Numbered from the stretch's first letter, positions 10,361 through 21,344 are shown. The stretch is 64,000 nt of DNA from Candidatus Latescibacterota bacterium (GCA_965198115.1 OZ240241.1:7232001-7296000), one strand, 5' to 3'. Notes: generated from the sequence alone by a model not told the origin. Numbers and translations: made by a program.

Positions 10361-11989
10361 CCTGAATTATGCATAAAAAAGGTAGTCTCCTTGTACAAGT
10401 GTTTGTTTTTCCCTACATTAGGGCTGACACATCAAAACAACACTTGGAAGGAACTACCGTGATAGAACCTAGTCAGATCCGGTTACCATTCGCAAGCATT
10501 TCGGGCAAGGTAGTTGAGGCTGATTTTGCCGGTGGCGCCGTCAGGAGTGACGGTGGAGTTCTGTTGCTTCGCGCCCTTGAGTCTCAGATGGGATTGATCG
10601 CCAGAATGGTAGATGCTTTGCGAGATCGTCGTCACCCAAGCTATATCGATCACACGCTTTTGGATCTTGTGAAGCAGCGTGTTTTTCAGATCGCTTGCGG
10701 CTATGAAGATGCCGTCGATTGTGATGATTTGCGCCACGATCCGGGCGTCAAGGCTGCCTGCGATCGGCTTCCTCTTTCCGGTCCTGATCTCGGGAGCCAA
10801 TCAACGATGACACGACTTGAGAATGATGTGCGACGCTCGGATTTGTATCGGCTCGCACGGGCTTTTGTAGACGGGTTCATCGCATCGTATGACCAGGCAC
10901 CCCCAAGCATCATTCTCGATATCGACGACACGGATGACCCAACGCACGGTGCGCAACAATTTTCACTCTTCAACGCGTATTACAATGAACACTGCTATAT
11001 GCCGCTACATATCTATGAAGGCCAAAGCGGCAAGCTCATTACGACGATCTTGAGACCCGGGCATCCGACGAACGGTAAACAGGTCGTTTCTATTCTCAAG
11101 CGCTTGGTGGAACACCTACGCGGATCTTGGCCAAACGTGGAGATCATCGTTCGCGCAGACTCAAAGTTCAGCTCACCAGAGATGCACGATTTCTGCGAAG
11201 ACAACGGTATCTACTACGTTCTGGGCCAGGGCGCCAACTCCAAGCTCAAAGCGGCTGGACAAAACCTGATGGACCAAGCGCTACGTCTGAGCGAGCATAA
11301 GGAGACGATTCGCTTGTTCTCATCCTTCTCATATCAGGCTGGCACCTACCGGCAGCCTCGCCGGATCATTCACAAGGCTGAAGTCACAAACGGCGAAGCA
11401 AATCCAAGATACCGCGTGACCAATTTACAGAGTAATCGAGACGGCTTTATCTATGATCGTATCTACTGCGCAAGGGGACGCACGGAAGGCTTCATCAAGG
11501 ACCACAAAACATTCCTTCACTCCGATCGAACATCGTGCCACAAGTTTGAAGCCAACCAGTTCCGACTCTTTCTACACAGTGCTGCATACGCCTTGCTTCA
11601 CGCACTCCGATCACAGGGACTCAAGGGCACCGCGTGGACCAAACCTCAGGTCAACACGATACAGAACCGTTTCCTCAAAATCGGCGCGAGAGTCATTGAA
11701 AGCGCACGAAGAATCCGATTCCATTTTCCAACATCGTATCCACTCAAAAACGTCTTGGTGTCAATCATCACCAGGCTCGAAACGAACACGCAGTAACAAC
11801 GCCGATCTATACCGGGGACAGCTATGTACACGTCGCAAAACAACACCTGTTCCGGACGAAAATCGTGACTCTTGCGACTCGTAGAGACCGCTTACGGGAC
11901 CTTGGACATCCGAAGAAGCCGAGAACAAATCCTGTGCGTGATCACATCACTCCAAAACAACCTAAACTCAAATTCATGCATGATTCAGG
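10361..11989 (+). mobile_element. IS1380-family insertion sequence
   Basis: Terminal IRs CCTGAATTATGCAT / ATGCATGATTCAGG (1 mismatch); CTAG on both flanks (10357-10360, 11990-11993). Confidence 0.92.
10459..11796 (+). CDS. IS1380-family DDE transposase
   Basis: SDGGVLLL, GYEDAVDCDDLRHDP, LDIDDTDDPTHGAQQ, VRADS, YCARGRTEGFIKDHK, ANQFRL. Confidence 0.93.
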   Translation: MIEPSQIRLPFASISGKVVEADFAGGAVRSDGGVLLLRALESQMGLIARMVDALRDRRHPSYIDHTLLDLVKQRVFQIACGYEDAVDCDDLRHDPGVKAACDRLPLSGPDLGSQSTMTRLENDVRRSDLYRLARAFVDGFIASYDQAPPSIILDIDDTDDPTHGAQQFSLFNAYYNEHCYMPLHIYEGQSGKLITTILRPGHPTNGKQVVSILKRLVEHLRGSWPNVEIIVRADSKFSSPEMHDFCEDNGIYYVLGQGANSKLKAAGQNLMDQALRLSEHKETIRLFSSFSYQAGTYRQPRRIIHKAEVTNGEANPRYRVTNLQSNRDGFIYDRIYCARGRTEGFIKDHKTFLHSDRTSCHKFEANQFRLFLHSAAYALLHALRSQGLKGTAWTKPQVNTIQNRFLKIGARVIESARRIRFHFPTSYPLKNVLVSIITRLETNTQ

Positions 11990-12436
11990 CTAGGGGTTGG
12001 CCGACCTGGTTTTCGGAGGTGAGGCAGATGGTTTCGCCTGTCGTTTCTTCGAGCAGACGTGGACAATGTCGGTGGCGTGGTCGTCGAAGCCGAAGTGAGC
12101 AACGTAGATCTTCGCACCCGCGCGAATCGCGAAATCAAGAGCTCGAACCGATTCCGCGACGACTTGATCGACAGCCGCCGACGCGGAATCACCGTAGGGC
12201 AGCCCGAATGGCCCGTGCATGGCCACAACGGATACGCCGTCGTTTCGGCAAGCCGCGAGGAGCTCTTCGACCTGTTCACTATCGTGATAGTCAAAGCTGG
12301 GTGGGACGGAGGATATTTCGATTTTTGAAATACCGACCGACCGAACAGACGCGATCTGGCGGGCACCGAGACGATCGCCTTGGTAAACGGCTGTCGATAG
12401 CGCCATTCGCGATCTGAAGTCAACGGGAAAAGCCAT
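11990..12436 (-). pseudogene. Sugar phosphate isomerase/epimerase (xylose-isomerase-like TIM barrel), N-terminal half only, ending at the IS1380
   Basis: GISKIEI, GVSVVAMHGPF, ALDFAIRAGAKIYVAHFG; expected ..TSEN.. motif in a shifted frame just before the IS end. Confidence 0.65.
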
Positions 12437-12468
12437 GTGTGGAATGACTCTCCAGCCACCCGGATCGG

Positions 12469-15400
12469 TCAGTCCGAGTCGTTCGGTAGCGCGGAGATGA
12501 CCTGCGGCGCGGCGCGCATGGGCGAACAGATTCCCTTGCCGACGCCACGACCTGCACGCGGCGGATTCCCGATGGCCGTCTGGATGCCGGCGAGGAGGAC
12601 ATCCCTGAATCGCTCGTTACCCGTGAATTCGTGAGCGGCCGCGATACCTTTGAGAATCCGCATGTCCGCGCCTTCGTTGACGCGGGATTCGGGGCAGCAC
12701 GTGTAGTGGAAGGCGCCCACCTCCGGGACCCACATTTGCTCGATGCAGTAGTCGGCCGCTCGAACGATGGCGTCTGCCACACGCTGGTCTTCGGTTACTT
12801 CGTGATAGCGCTTGAGCCCGATCATGAGGATGCTGACCATGAAACCGGCATTTCCCATGTGTCGGGGTGGATCGCAGTGGCAATGGCCGGGTACCATGAG
12901 ACGATCCCATCCTCCCGAGGGGCGCTGGCGTTCGAGGACGCGGTCGACGATGATGCGAGCAGCGTTGAGGAAGACGCGGCGCCCTGTTGCACGGTAGGCG
13001 GCTGAGAGATGGATGAGGTGCCAGCCCGAATTGCGACAGTTCGTGAAATCGTAGTTGTTGACCATCTGGCCAACGAGGTTTTCGCAAGCCTTCGATGCCG
13101 CATCTTGCGATCGGGGATCTCCGGTGAGGAGGTGATGGAGAAAGAGCCCCTCCACCCACGTGTGGGAGACGCTCGACCGGCCCGCAAAAATGGCGGTTTC
13201 GCGATAGCCGTCGGGATAGTAGCTGCCGACGTGTCCGACGCTGTGAAGGTATTGATTGTTTTGAAGAGCCGGTTCGCCGACGTGGCAGGTGTCGACATCG
13301 ACGAGGTGTCGAGCGGCCTGGTCGGCCCAGGTATAGAAGTCTTCGTGTCCTCCGCGCAGGTATTCCTGGAGAAAACACCACGGCGTGTCGTATTCCAGGT
13401 TTCCCCAGTTGTAGACCCGTTCCCCGTACCAGTCTCCAAAGTTCAACATGCCGTAGGAACGCGATTCTTCGCGGTCCTTCGCGTAGGCGGATCGGGCGGC
13501 GTCGACCCACGATTCGTAGGGCTCGAAGGGGGACGGGTCTTTCGGGGGGAGGCGTGTCCACGCGCCGCTGTTGTTGAGCACGGACAGGGGAAACCGATGA
13601 AGCGGCGGCTGATTGACGGTATTGACGAAGGAGGTGAGGGCGACCTTCCCGTAGTCGAGCCAGAATTCGTGGGTACGCGAGACGCCACGTCTGAAGCGGT
13701 ATCTGCCGTCGAGGAGATAGTAGAACAGTCGATCCTCGAGTTCGCCCCCTGACGGGTAGTCCTCGGTTGTGAGGGGTGGGCAGATGTCTATTGAGAGACC
13801 CCGTGTGTCGACCTGCCATCCTTTGGGATAGTTTTCCCAGAAATCTCTACAGGCAAGAGTGAGCGAGGCGCCACCCGAGACGGTGACACCGCCCTTCGAC
13901 CGTCTGCCTTCCTTGATCGTGGCGTTTTTCTGCGAGAGGACAAACCGATCGTCGTGGGTCTGTGTGAGGCTGACAGGACCGTCGGTGAGACTCGATTTTT
14001 GCCCTTCCGATCGAACGCTGGCACTCTTGCCGAAAGGCGTGTCGACGCGGAGGGTCAGTCGGCGAACACGGGTGAAATCGTCATCTGCGTCGTTCAGGTA
14101 GGTGTGGTGTATCTTGATGTGGGTGCTGTTTCGATATAAATGGACCCGGAACGTTGAGGAGAAGAGGGTGTCACCGGTCCGGTTACGATGCGGGACGTCG
14201 ATCCGTACGCACACTCGTTCGGACCCGGATTCCTCGATTCGGACGATGTCGGGTTTCAGGCTGTTGAAGACGCGACCCCGGCCGTCATACAGCGATACGG
14301 CAGGAGAGCCTTTGGGCGGCGTGATGGGCAGATAGGTGTTGGTCTTGCGGTCGAACCGCTCGACGAGACCGGGAAGCACGGTCCGGTCCTTCGGGAAACG
14401 CACACGAAGGGGACCGGTGGTTACCACGTATTCGGCCCGTCGATTCTGCGTGTGGATGCCGGCGACCGAATCCGACGGGTCGATTCTGTGGCCGTATTCT
14501 ACGGCGACACCTTCGCTGCCGTCAGAGGTGAAGTCTGTGAGCAGCCATCGGATGCTCCCGTCGGGCCAATGGCTTAGAGGACGTACCTGGGAAGGGATTG
14601 CCTCGTTGTCGTTCTGGTCGAGCAGGCGGATGGTGCGTGGGTCGGTGACGGCTCCTTGCGGAAAGGGCATCCCCATGCTGATCGGCCAGGGGATGCGCGT
14701 TGCGCGGACATCCTGAAGTGTGAATCTCCCCTCCTGTCGCGCGCGTCTTCGTCCACGGGCACGTGGCGTGAAGCTTCCAGCGTGAGTGGCGTGCAGCTCG
14801 CCTGCCCGCAGGTCGATTTCGTAGCGATAGGTTAGGCCCGGCTCCAGAGCGTCCATGCTGCTTTCGTGGGCGGACCGGTTCCGGATCCGGACGGTCTTGA
14901 ATCTCGCGCCGACTTTGCCCCAGCGAAAGGTGCCGGATGCTGGACGGTTCGTGATCCAGCTGGCGTAGGCGAAGAGATGGTCCCCTTCGTGTCTCACATC
15001 CACATCCGGTGTGGACAGGGTAAGCCGGGGCTTGAGGGTTCGAGGCAGCGTGGGCAAAAGTAGGATGGTCTCGATGCGGCACGGGCTATCCGTCTCCCGG
15101 GTGACGAGACGGATGCGTTCGCCACCCCGAAAAGCGAACTTCTCCGGAATGAAAAAGAGGTGTCGGCGATTGTCGGGATCTGGATGCTGGGCCACGGCTA
15201 CACGGCGATGACCGATCCAGATGTCGATGGATTCATCGCGGTCGGCTATGGCGTATGCGACGAAGCCGAGATGATAGCTACCGGGGGTGCGAATGACCTC
15301 GCTGAGCTCGCTGGGGAGACGCGCCTTGCAAACGGATGCAGGGCGATAGACAGATGCGTTCGCATATTCAGTGAAGGTGTCGTTGACGAATCCGTCGAGA

Positions 15401-15507
15401 CGGCAGGCAAAGGCGTGGGTGGTGGGGGTATCGTCCCGGGCGAGCAGCTCGTCGATGCGGGCGTCGCCGCTCAGTATTCCGGCTTGGGGGACGGTGTTGC
15501 GAGGCAT
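12469..15507 (-). CDS. Large PcRGLX/YetA-like (exo-rhamnogalacturonan lyase-related) multidomain protein
   Basis: GMPFPQG...HWPDGSIRW, GMLNFGDWY, WGNLEYD, RHLVDVD, SHTWVEGL; GGAG RBS before ATG 15507. Confidence 0.7.
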   Translation of the reverse strand: MPRNTVPQAGILSGDARIDELLARDDTPTTHAFACRLDGFVNDTFTEYANASVYRPASVCKARLPSELSEVIRTPGSYHLGFVAYAIADRDESIDIWIGHRRVAVAQHPDPDNRRHLFFIPEKFAFRGGERIRLVTRETDSPCRIETILLLPTLPRTLKPRLTLSTPDVDVRHEGDHLFAYASWITNRPASGTFRWGKVGARFKTVRIRNRSAHESSMDALEPGLTYRYEIDLRAGELHATHAGSFTPRARGRRRARQEGRFTLQDVRATRIPWPISMGMPFPQGAVTDPRTIRLLDQNDNEAIPSQVRPLSHWPDGSIRWLLTDFTSDGSEGVAVEYGHRIDPSDSVAGIHTQNRRAEYVVTTGPLRVRFPKDRTVLPGLVERFDRKTNTYLPITPPKGSPAVSLYDGRGRVFNSLKPDIVRIEESGSERVCVRIDVPHRNRTGDTLFSSTFRVHLYRNSTHIKIHHTYLNDADDDFTRVRRLTLRVDTPFGKSASVRSEGQKSSLTDGPVSLTQTHDDRFVLSQKNATIKEGRRSKGGVTVSGGASLTLACRDFWENYPKGWQVDTRGLSIDICPPLTTEDYPSGGELEDRLFYYLLDGRYRFRRGVSRTHEFWLDYGKVALTSFVNTVNQPPLHRFPLSVLNNSGAWTRLPPKDPSPFEPYESWVDAARSAYAKDREESRSYGMLNFGDWYGERVYNWGNLEYDTPWCFLQEYLRGGHEDFYTWADQAARHLVDVDTCHVGEPALQNNQYLHSVGHVGSYYPDGYRETAIFAGRSSVSHTWVEGLFLHHLLTGDPRSQDAASKACENLVGQMVNNYDFTNCRNSGWHLIHLSAAYRATGRRVFLNAARIIVDRVLERQRPSGGWDRLMVPGHCHCDPPRHMGNAGFMVSILMIGLKRYHEVTEDQRVADAIVRAADYCIEQMWVPEVGAFHYTCCPESRVNEGADMRILKGIAAAHEFTGNERFRDVLLAGIQTAIGNPPRAGRGVGKGICSPMRAAPQVISALPNDSD

Positions 15508-15734
15508 GGGGGAGTCTCCGGGCTGAGAGCAGATCCTACGAGGCGCGGCATGATACGCACCCGGACCATGCGGCGCAAAGGAACGGATTCCGAGTAGTTG
15601 GTTGGACCCAACAGATTGCCTACCATTGAAATCGAGGATCGAAACTCGAGTATCTGAGAATCGAAAACCGATCAACGGGCGTCGAACAAAGGGATTGATT
15701 GTCGAACTCCGAGATCGGCGTTGATGGAGGACTT

Positions 15735-16412
15735 ATGAAAACGGTGAGACCCATCCTGATTACGTTCCTTGTTCTACTCTTGGCAGGATGCGGGGGGACG
15801 AGAGATCCCGTTGTAGAAATGCAGCGATCCCTGTCGTCAGCGCCCGACTACACGATTATCCTGGAGGATATGCGGGCTGAGGAGGGGCTTTTCCCGAAAT
15901 ACTACCACCGGTACCGAGTGGTTCAGGGAGAAAAGCAGGTGGAAACGAACTGGGTAGACGTCCAGGAAGAGATCTACCGAAAATATGAACCCTTCCTTGG
16001 GATGGCCCTGGCGTCGAAGACAGAAAGTGAGGTGACAAATAGTCCCCATCCACCGGGCTACAACTATGTCGGCAACCCGACCTACGGCCACTGGGGTGGG
16101 GGTGGTTTCTGGGTGTGGTACGGGCAGTATTCGATGATGCGGAGCCTGATGGGCGGAGGTATGGGGCGGCAAATCTACCGGAATGAATGGGACGACTATC
16201 GGAGCCATCGGACGAGTCAGCGTCCCTACTATGGCAAGAACAAGGATTTCGGCACGAACGGTTCGCTCACCAAACAGAGTAAACCGGCATTTTACCAGCG
16301 TAGACAACGCTCGCTCGCCCGCCAGCGGAGCGGCTTCGGGCAGAGGGTCAACAATCGCATCGGTCGCAGCCGCACAGGCTTCGGCAGCCGCGGAGGGGGA
16401 TTCGGAAAATGA
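15735..16412 (+). CDS. Lipoprotein with Gly/Arg/Ser-rich C-terminal tail (PspA/polyamine locus)
   Basis: GGAGG RBS; lipobox LLLAGC; PPGYNYVGNPTYGHW; SRGGGFGK tail. Confidence 0.8.
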   Translation: MKTVRPILITFLVLLLAGCGGTRDPVVEMQRSLSSAPDYTIILEDMRAEEGLFPKYYHRYRVVQGEKQVETNWVDVQEEIYRKYEPFLGMALASKTESEVTNSPHPPGYNYVGNPTYGHWGGGGFWVWYGQYSMMRSLMGGGMGRQIYRNEWDDYRSHRTSQRPYYGKNKDFGTNGSLTKQSKPAFYQRRQRSLARQRSGFGQRVNNRIGRSRTGFGSRGGGFGK

Positions 16413-17269
16413 CGACGGACGATCTGATTCTGACGGTGATTTATTTGGTATGCTTGTTCGCGCTGTTTTGGATCGGGAAACTGATCTACGACCTGACGAC
16501 ACCGTCTTACTCGTTGCGTGAACAGCTGGTCGAGAAGGACAATCCTGCCCTGGCCGTCGCCCTCGTCGGCTACTATTTGGGTCTGGTGATTGCGATCGGG
16601 GGAGTGATGAGCGGGCCTTCGAAGGGGCTCGAGGAAGACCTGGTCGATATCGGGATCTATGGCGCCCTGGCGATCTTGCTTTTGAATCTGTCGAGAATTC
16701 TGAACGACCGGCTGGTGCTGCGGAAATTCAGAGTTCGAGACGAGCTGATTCGCGACCACAATGTGGGCACGGGGGCCGTCGTATTCTCGGCTTACGTCGC
16801 GACGGGGATGATCGTGTTCGGGTCGGTGTCGGGCGTCGCAGTTCTGGACACGGCGGGAACGGTTCTGAGTGTGGTCGTGTTCTGGCTGTTGGGCCAGCTG
16901 GCACTGGCGATCGCCGGGATCGTGTATGATGCGATGACGTCCTACGAAGTGCACGCCGAGATCGAAAAGGACAACGTCGCCGCGGGGATCGCTTTCGGCG
17001 GGGCTCTGATCGGACTGGGCAACATTCTGAGACACGCGGCGGCAGGGGATCTGATTTCCTGGCCGATGGCGTTTCAGGAGTTCGGGTTCGAACTGCTCGT
17101 CGGCCTGATTCTGCTGCCGGTGATGCGAACCGTGACGGATATGGTGCTGCTGCCTGGTGCAAAGCTGTCGGATGAGATCGCGAATCAGGAACACCCGAAC
17201 GTCGGGGCGGGGTTCGTGGAAGCCTTTGCCTATGTCGGTGCGTCTTTTCTGATTGTATGGAGCGTTTGA
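16409..17269 (+). CDS. Tandem DUF350 (YjfL-like) integral membrane protein
   Basis: Repeated units EQLVEKDNPALA / DELIRDHNVGTG / AEIEKDNVAAG / DEIANQEHPNVGAG between TM helices. Confidence 0.8.
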   Translation: MTTDDLILTVIYLVCLFALFWIGKLIYDLTTPSYSLREQLVEKDNPALAVALVGYYLGLVIAIGGVMSGPSKGLEEDLVDIGIYGALAILLLNLSRILNDRLVLRKFRVRDELIRDHNVGTGAVVFSAYVATGMIVFGSVSGVAVLDTAGTVLSVVVFWLLGQLALAIAGIVYDAMTSYEVHAEIEKDNVAAGIAFGGALIGLGNILRHAAAGDLISWPMAFQEFGFELLVGLILLPVMRTVTDMVLLPGAKLSDEIANQEHPNVGAGFVEAFAYVGASFLIVWSV

Positions 17270-17322
17270 GGTAGGACAAACCGCCCTCGTGCAAAGCACG
17301 AAGGCGAGAGCGTCATTTTTTG

Positions 17323-18742
17323 GGCTATATCCGGATCTCTCAACGAGATGAAGTGGGTGAAGGTGCCGTGGTTCCTGGCATGGGGGCGCGGTTAGAGTGT
17401 GCGGAACCTCTTCGGAATCTGCTCAGGGATGTTTATGTCTCCGACGGTAAGGAAGATCATATCGTTGAATGCGTCGAGTGTGCGGAATCCGCTGGCTCGG
17501 TTCTTGACGATTTGGACGATTCGGTTGAGGCCTTCGGCGATGGCGTTGGTAAGACGCGTGTTCACGAATGCGAGGACGCCGAAGAAGTGCTGTCGCAGGG
17601 TCCTGACGAACTTTCGCAGGGGTTCAAGTCGACTTCTGAGTGCGGACGTCGTCCAGCATTTCAGGAAGCGTTCGGCAGCCCAGGGCGCTTTGTATTCCCA
17701 GAACTGCTCGAACTCGTCCTTGAGTCTCCAGGCTCTATAGATTCGGTAGTTCGCCTTCTCCAGTGCTTTGAGTGTCCGAGTATCCCCTCTGGAGCGTGTC
17801 GCTGAGTGCCGGTAGAGGAGCCATCGGAGGCCCTTCATGGCTTTGCGCTCATCCGGGGCAGCTTTACGCCACTGGTCCTTACGGACCTCGTCAACGGCGG
17901 CATTGAGAGCCTTGACGATGTGAAAGCGATCGAGGACCAGCTTGGCATTCGGACAGTGTTCCTGGATGGCTCCGATGTAAGCTTCGCTCATGTCGCAGCA
18001 GGCCCACTCGATCTTGGATCTCCGGTAGGGACTGAGAGCCTCTGTGAAGAACCGATCGATCGTTTTACGCGCCCTGCCGCGGCCAACCCACACCACGCAG
18101 GAGCGGTCCAGATCGTAAACGAGCGTGGCGTACCTGTGACGCTTGGCGTAGGAGATCTCGTCGATCCCGATGGTTTTGAGCCCTCGGATACGATGACCTT
18201 CACGAAGCCGCGTGATGGATCGGTGAAGGAGATCCGACAGCGTCGAGGCAGAGATGCGCAGCAACTCGGACGCCGCCTTCTGCGTCATGGTCTGGCAGTA
18301 GCGCAGCATGGCATACTCGAAGCGATACGTCACCCGAGAGAACCGCTCCGCCTACGGAATCTCCTCGACCACACGACCGTGGGTAGGACACCGAATCTCC
18401 CGAGGATGGTAGAGAAGCCAGACCCTCCACCCGCACACCGGAATGTCACGCCACCGACGCGGATGGGGCATTGTGCGGACGATTTTACCTCGACGGCCGC
18501 ACTCCGGACAACAACAACCATTCTTATGTGGCTTTACGGCGATGACGAAGCAGCTTCTCCCCTCAAACCACCAGCTGACAACACGGAACCCCTTGAATCT
18601 CAGCAGTTTCGATAGTAATCTGCTCCCGGTCATAGGTCGCACCCCCTTCGCTTTGATTGTCCTACACACACAACCAAGCGTAGGGAACGATCTATGACCT
18701 TGTCATTCTATAGTTTCACCGTTGAGAAACCCGGATAGAGCC
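17323..18742 (-). mobile_element. ISL3-family insertion sequence, copy 1
   Basis: IRs GGCTATATCCGGATCTCTCAACG / GGCTCTATCCGGGTTTCTCAACG; 8-bp direct repeat ATTTTTTG (17315-17322, 18743-18750). Confidence 0.95.
17392..18669 (-). pseudogene. ISL3 transposase interrupted by an in-frame TAG at 18352-18354 (TGG in copy 2)
   Basis: CPECG zinc finger, IGIDE, CCDMS, LDRFHIV, TNAIAEGLN; direct comparison with 60310-61551. Confidence 0.9.
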
Positions 18743-18881
18743 ATTTTTTGCACGTAAAGCGATACACTCGTCCCTGTGCGCAGCACAGGGACGCATAGCT
18801 CCGTGGCGTTGTAGCGACACAACCTTTTGACAGTTTTCGGCTCACGGATAACGGCCAACGTTCCTTACGCTTATCCTGTTC

Positions 18882-20426
18882 ATGAACGAACTTCAAAAAC
18901 AGAGCATCCTCCTCAAAGCCTGCATTTTTGCCACAGGGTTGAGCGGCATCGTCGCCGAGTTCACGCTGTCGACGTTGGCGAGTTATCTGCTGGGCAATGC
19001 GACTCTGCAGTGGACGCTGGTGATGTCGATGATGCTGTTTGCGATGGGCGTGGGTAGCCGCGTGAGCCGTCACGTCGAGGATCGGCTGCTGGATCGATTC
19101 ATCCTCGTGGAGTTCGCCCTCTCGCTTCTGTGCGCGACGTCGGCGGCGGTGGCCTATTTCGGGTCGCTCGTGACGGGGGGCGCGGGCACGTTCATCTACC
19201 TCTACGCGCTGGCCATCGGAGCACTGATCGGCATGGAGATTCCGCTGGTGGCCCGTATGAATGAAGCGTATGAGGCGCTCCGTACGAACATCGCCGGCGT
19301 GATGGAGAAGGACTACTACGGAGCGCTGGCCGGTGGGCTGGTTTTCGCGTTTTTCGCGCTACCCTATCTGGGGCTGACCTACACACCGATCGCGCTCGGA
19401 GCCGTCAATTTTGCCGTCGCGGGTCTCCTGTTCTGGCGATATCGCTCTTTGGTGTCGAGGCCCGCTCGGACGCAGATGGGTTTCTGGGTGGTGGGCGGCA
19501 CGTTGGTGGCCTTAGCTGCGCTGATCCGGCCCATCGTGATGTTCGGGGAGCAGAGCCAGTACCGAGATCGTGTGGTTTATTCCGAGCAGACGCGATTTCA
19601 GAAGATTGTGATGACGGAGTGGAAGGGCGATCACTGGCTGTTCCTGAACGGAAGTGTGCAGTTCAGCACCTACGACGAGGACCGTTACCACGAGCCGCTC
19701 GTGCATCCCGCGATGCGTCTGTCAGGGAGACGGCAAAATGTGCTCATCCTGGGCGGTGGAGATGGGCTCGCACTACGGGAAGTATTGAAGTACGACGAGG
19801 TGAATCAGGTGACGCTCGTGGACCTCGATCCGGCGATGACACACTTAGGAGCGACGTATCCGGCCCTGGTCGAGGCGAACGATGGGGCGTTCGAGGATCC
19901 CCGTGTGCGCGTGGTCAACGACGATGCAGCGTTGTTCCTGGACAACACCGATGTTCTCTACGATGTGATGATCATCGACCTGCCGGATCCGAAGGGCCCG
20001 AATCTCGCCCGACTGTATACACGTGAGTTTTACACGACCTGCGCCCGCCAGCTGGCCGAAGAGGGCACTTTGGTTACGCAGAGTTCGAGTCCACTGCACG
20101 TGCGGAAGGCATTCCTCTGCGTGATGAAGACCGTGGAGGCAGCGGGTTTCTCGGTCCTTCCATACCACGTGGCCGTGCCGTCGATGGGAACCTGGGGCTG
20201 GGTTGTTGCGCGGAAAGCGAGGTCTATGACGCCGTCGGAACTACGAAAGCTGGCGGTAGAGGAGACGTATGAGGATGTCGAGACAGCTTTTCTGGATGCG
20301 GAAGCAGGTGCCGGGATGCTGAGATTCTGGCGAGGGATGTTCGACGGCCAGGATGCCCTGGCTGTGAACACGATGTTCGATCCAGTGGTGGATACGTACT
20401 ACCGTGAAGCCGATTGGGGCTTTTGA
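18882..20426 (+). CDS. speE: Membrane-bound polyamine aminopropyltransferase (spermidine synthase-like)
   Basis: N-terminal TM domain; YHEPLVHP, VLILGGGDGLALREVLK, VDLDPAM, IIDLPDP, LYTREFY. Confidence 0.92.
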   Translation: MNELQKQSILLKACIFATGLSGIVAEFTLSTLASYLLGNATLQWTLVMSMMLFAMGVGSRVSRHVEDRLLDRFILVEFALSLLCATSAAVAYFGSLVTGGAGTFIYLYALAIGALIGMEIPLVARMNEAYEALRTNIAGVMEKDYYGALAGGLVFAFFALPYLGLTYTPIALGAVNFAVAGLLFWRYRSLVSRPARTQMGFWVVGGTLVALAALIRPIVMFGEQSQYRDRVVYSEQTRFQKIVMTEWKGDHWLFLNGSVQFSTYDEDRYHEPLVHPAMRLSGRRQNVLILGGGDGLALREVLKYDEVNQVTLVDLDPAMTHLGATYPALVEANDGAFEDPRVRVVNDDAALFLDNTDVLYDVMIIDLPDPKGPNLARLYTREFYTTCARQLAEEGTLVTQSSSPLHVRKAFLCVMKTVEAAGFSVLPYHVAVPSMGTWGWVVARKARSMTPSELRKLAVEETYEDVETAFLDAEAGAGMLRFWRGMFDGQDALAVNTMFDPVVDTYYREADWGF

Positions 20427-20620
20427 GCAGAGGACTGGGAGCCTGGGGAGAAAGCAAGGTGGACGGTGGACGGTAAACGGTCTAAACGGCTTCGCTCCCT
20501 TGGCAGAGGACAGAAGACAGAAGTGCGGCTACGCCCCAAGCCTCCGAGCTGCGAAAGACTACGGTGAGAGGCAGGGTTTTCCGGCCAACGGATCACGGAC
20601 AACGGCCAACTCAGGAGCCG

Positions 20621-21160
20621 TCAGGCTCCGGGCAATATGTTACTGAACTGATACTCTTTGACGATCTCCCCGAGCGAGGCTTCGAACTCATTCTCCCCCC
20701 ATTGCTCGATGAGGAGTACCTGTCTGTCGCTGTCGTCGACATAGGTCCAGTTGACGAAGGGCTTACCGTCTTCGGCTCCGTTCCGGTGAAAGTGACCTGC
20801 GTCGCTCGACTCTGCCTCGAATTCGACGCCCTCGCACGTGACTGTCTCAGGCGGGTCCTCGTGCTCGAGGATGTGATCGGCCACGTCCTCTTCGATGGCG
20901 TCGAGAGAAATCTTGCGATAGATCACCCAGGAAACCTCGTCGTCCTCTTCCCGCTCGAGGTAACGTACCTCGTTGGCACTGGAGAGTTCCCACTCGTCCG
21001 TCCAGTCACCGTCGTAGTCGTATCGGTTGTGCGCCGTGACTTTCCAGGTCGTCAGGTCATAGTCGACGAGGTAACCGACCTGGAGCGTGGCGAGCGAGAG
21101 GTCGACAAGGGGGTCGATCTCGGGCTCTTCCTGCTTCTTTTTGAAGGGGTTCCAATCCAA
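20621..21160 (-). CDS. DUF4178-type acidic protein
   Basis: LQVGYLVDYDLTTWKV, DEWEL, LLIEQWGENEFEASLG; lies downstream of pspA; start codon uncertain. Confidence 0.75.
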   Translation of the reverse strand: MDWNPFKKKQEEPEIDPLVDLSLATLQVGYLVDYDLTTWKVTAHNRYDYDGDWTDEWELSSANEVRYLEREEDDEVSWVIYRKISLDAIEEDVADHILEHEDPPETVTCEGVEFEAESSDAGHFHRNGAEDGKPFVNWTYVDDSDRQVLLIEQWGENEFEASLGEIVKEYQFSNILPGA

Positions 21161-21206
21161 GGGAGAAAACCTTTCGACGCAGGGAACGCGGTGGGTTGAA
21201 GATATC

Positions 21207-21252
21207 AGCCCTGAAAGGGCGTCATTCAATAGCCCGGGGCGTCAGCCCCGGG
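21207..21252. repeat. REP-like palindromes GCCCTGAAAGGGC and CCCGGGGCGTCAGCCCCGGG
   Basis: Two adjacent hairpins in the pspA-DUF4178 spacer. Confidence 0.6.
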
Positions 21253-21344
21253 CCCCCTTACGAGGACGTTGACGCGCGTCGCGGCTGCGATAGGCCCTGC
21301 TTGGAAGCAAGCCCCTCGACGCACAATCAGGCCACGCAGAACCG

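Noticed and set aside
5237-20426. Functional link between the Pot-type ABC operon and the polyamine synthase/PspA locus
   Set aside because: Separated by a probable contig junction and composition shift near 9665; ABC substrate is not established
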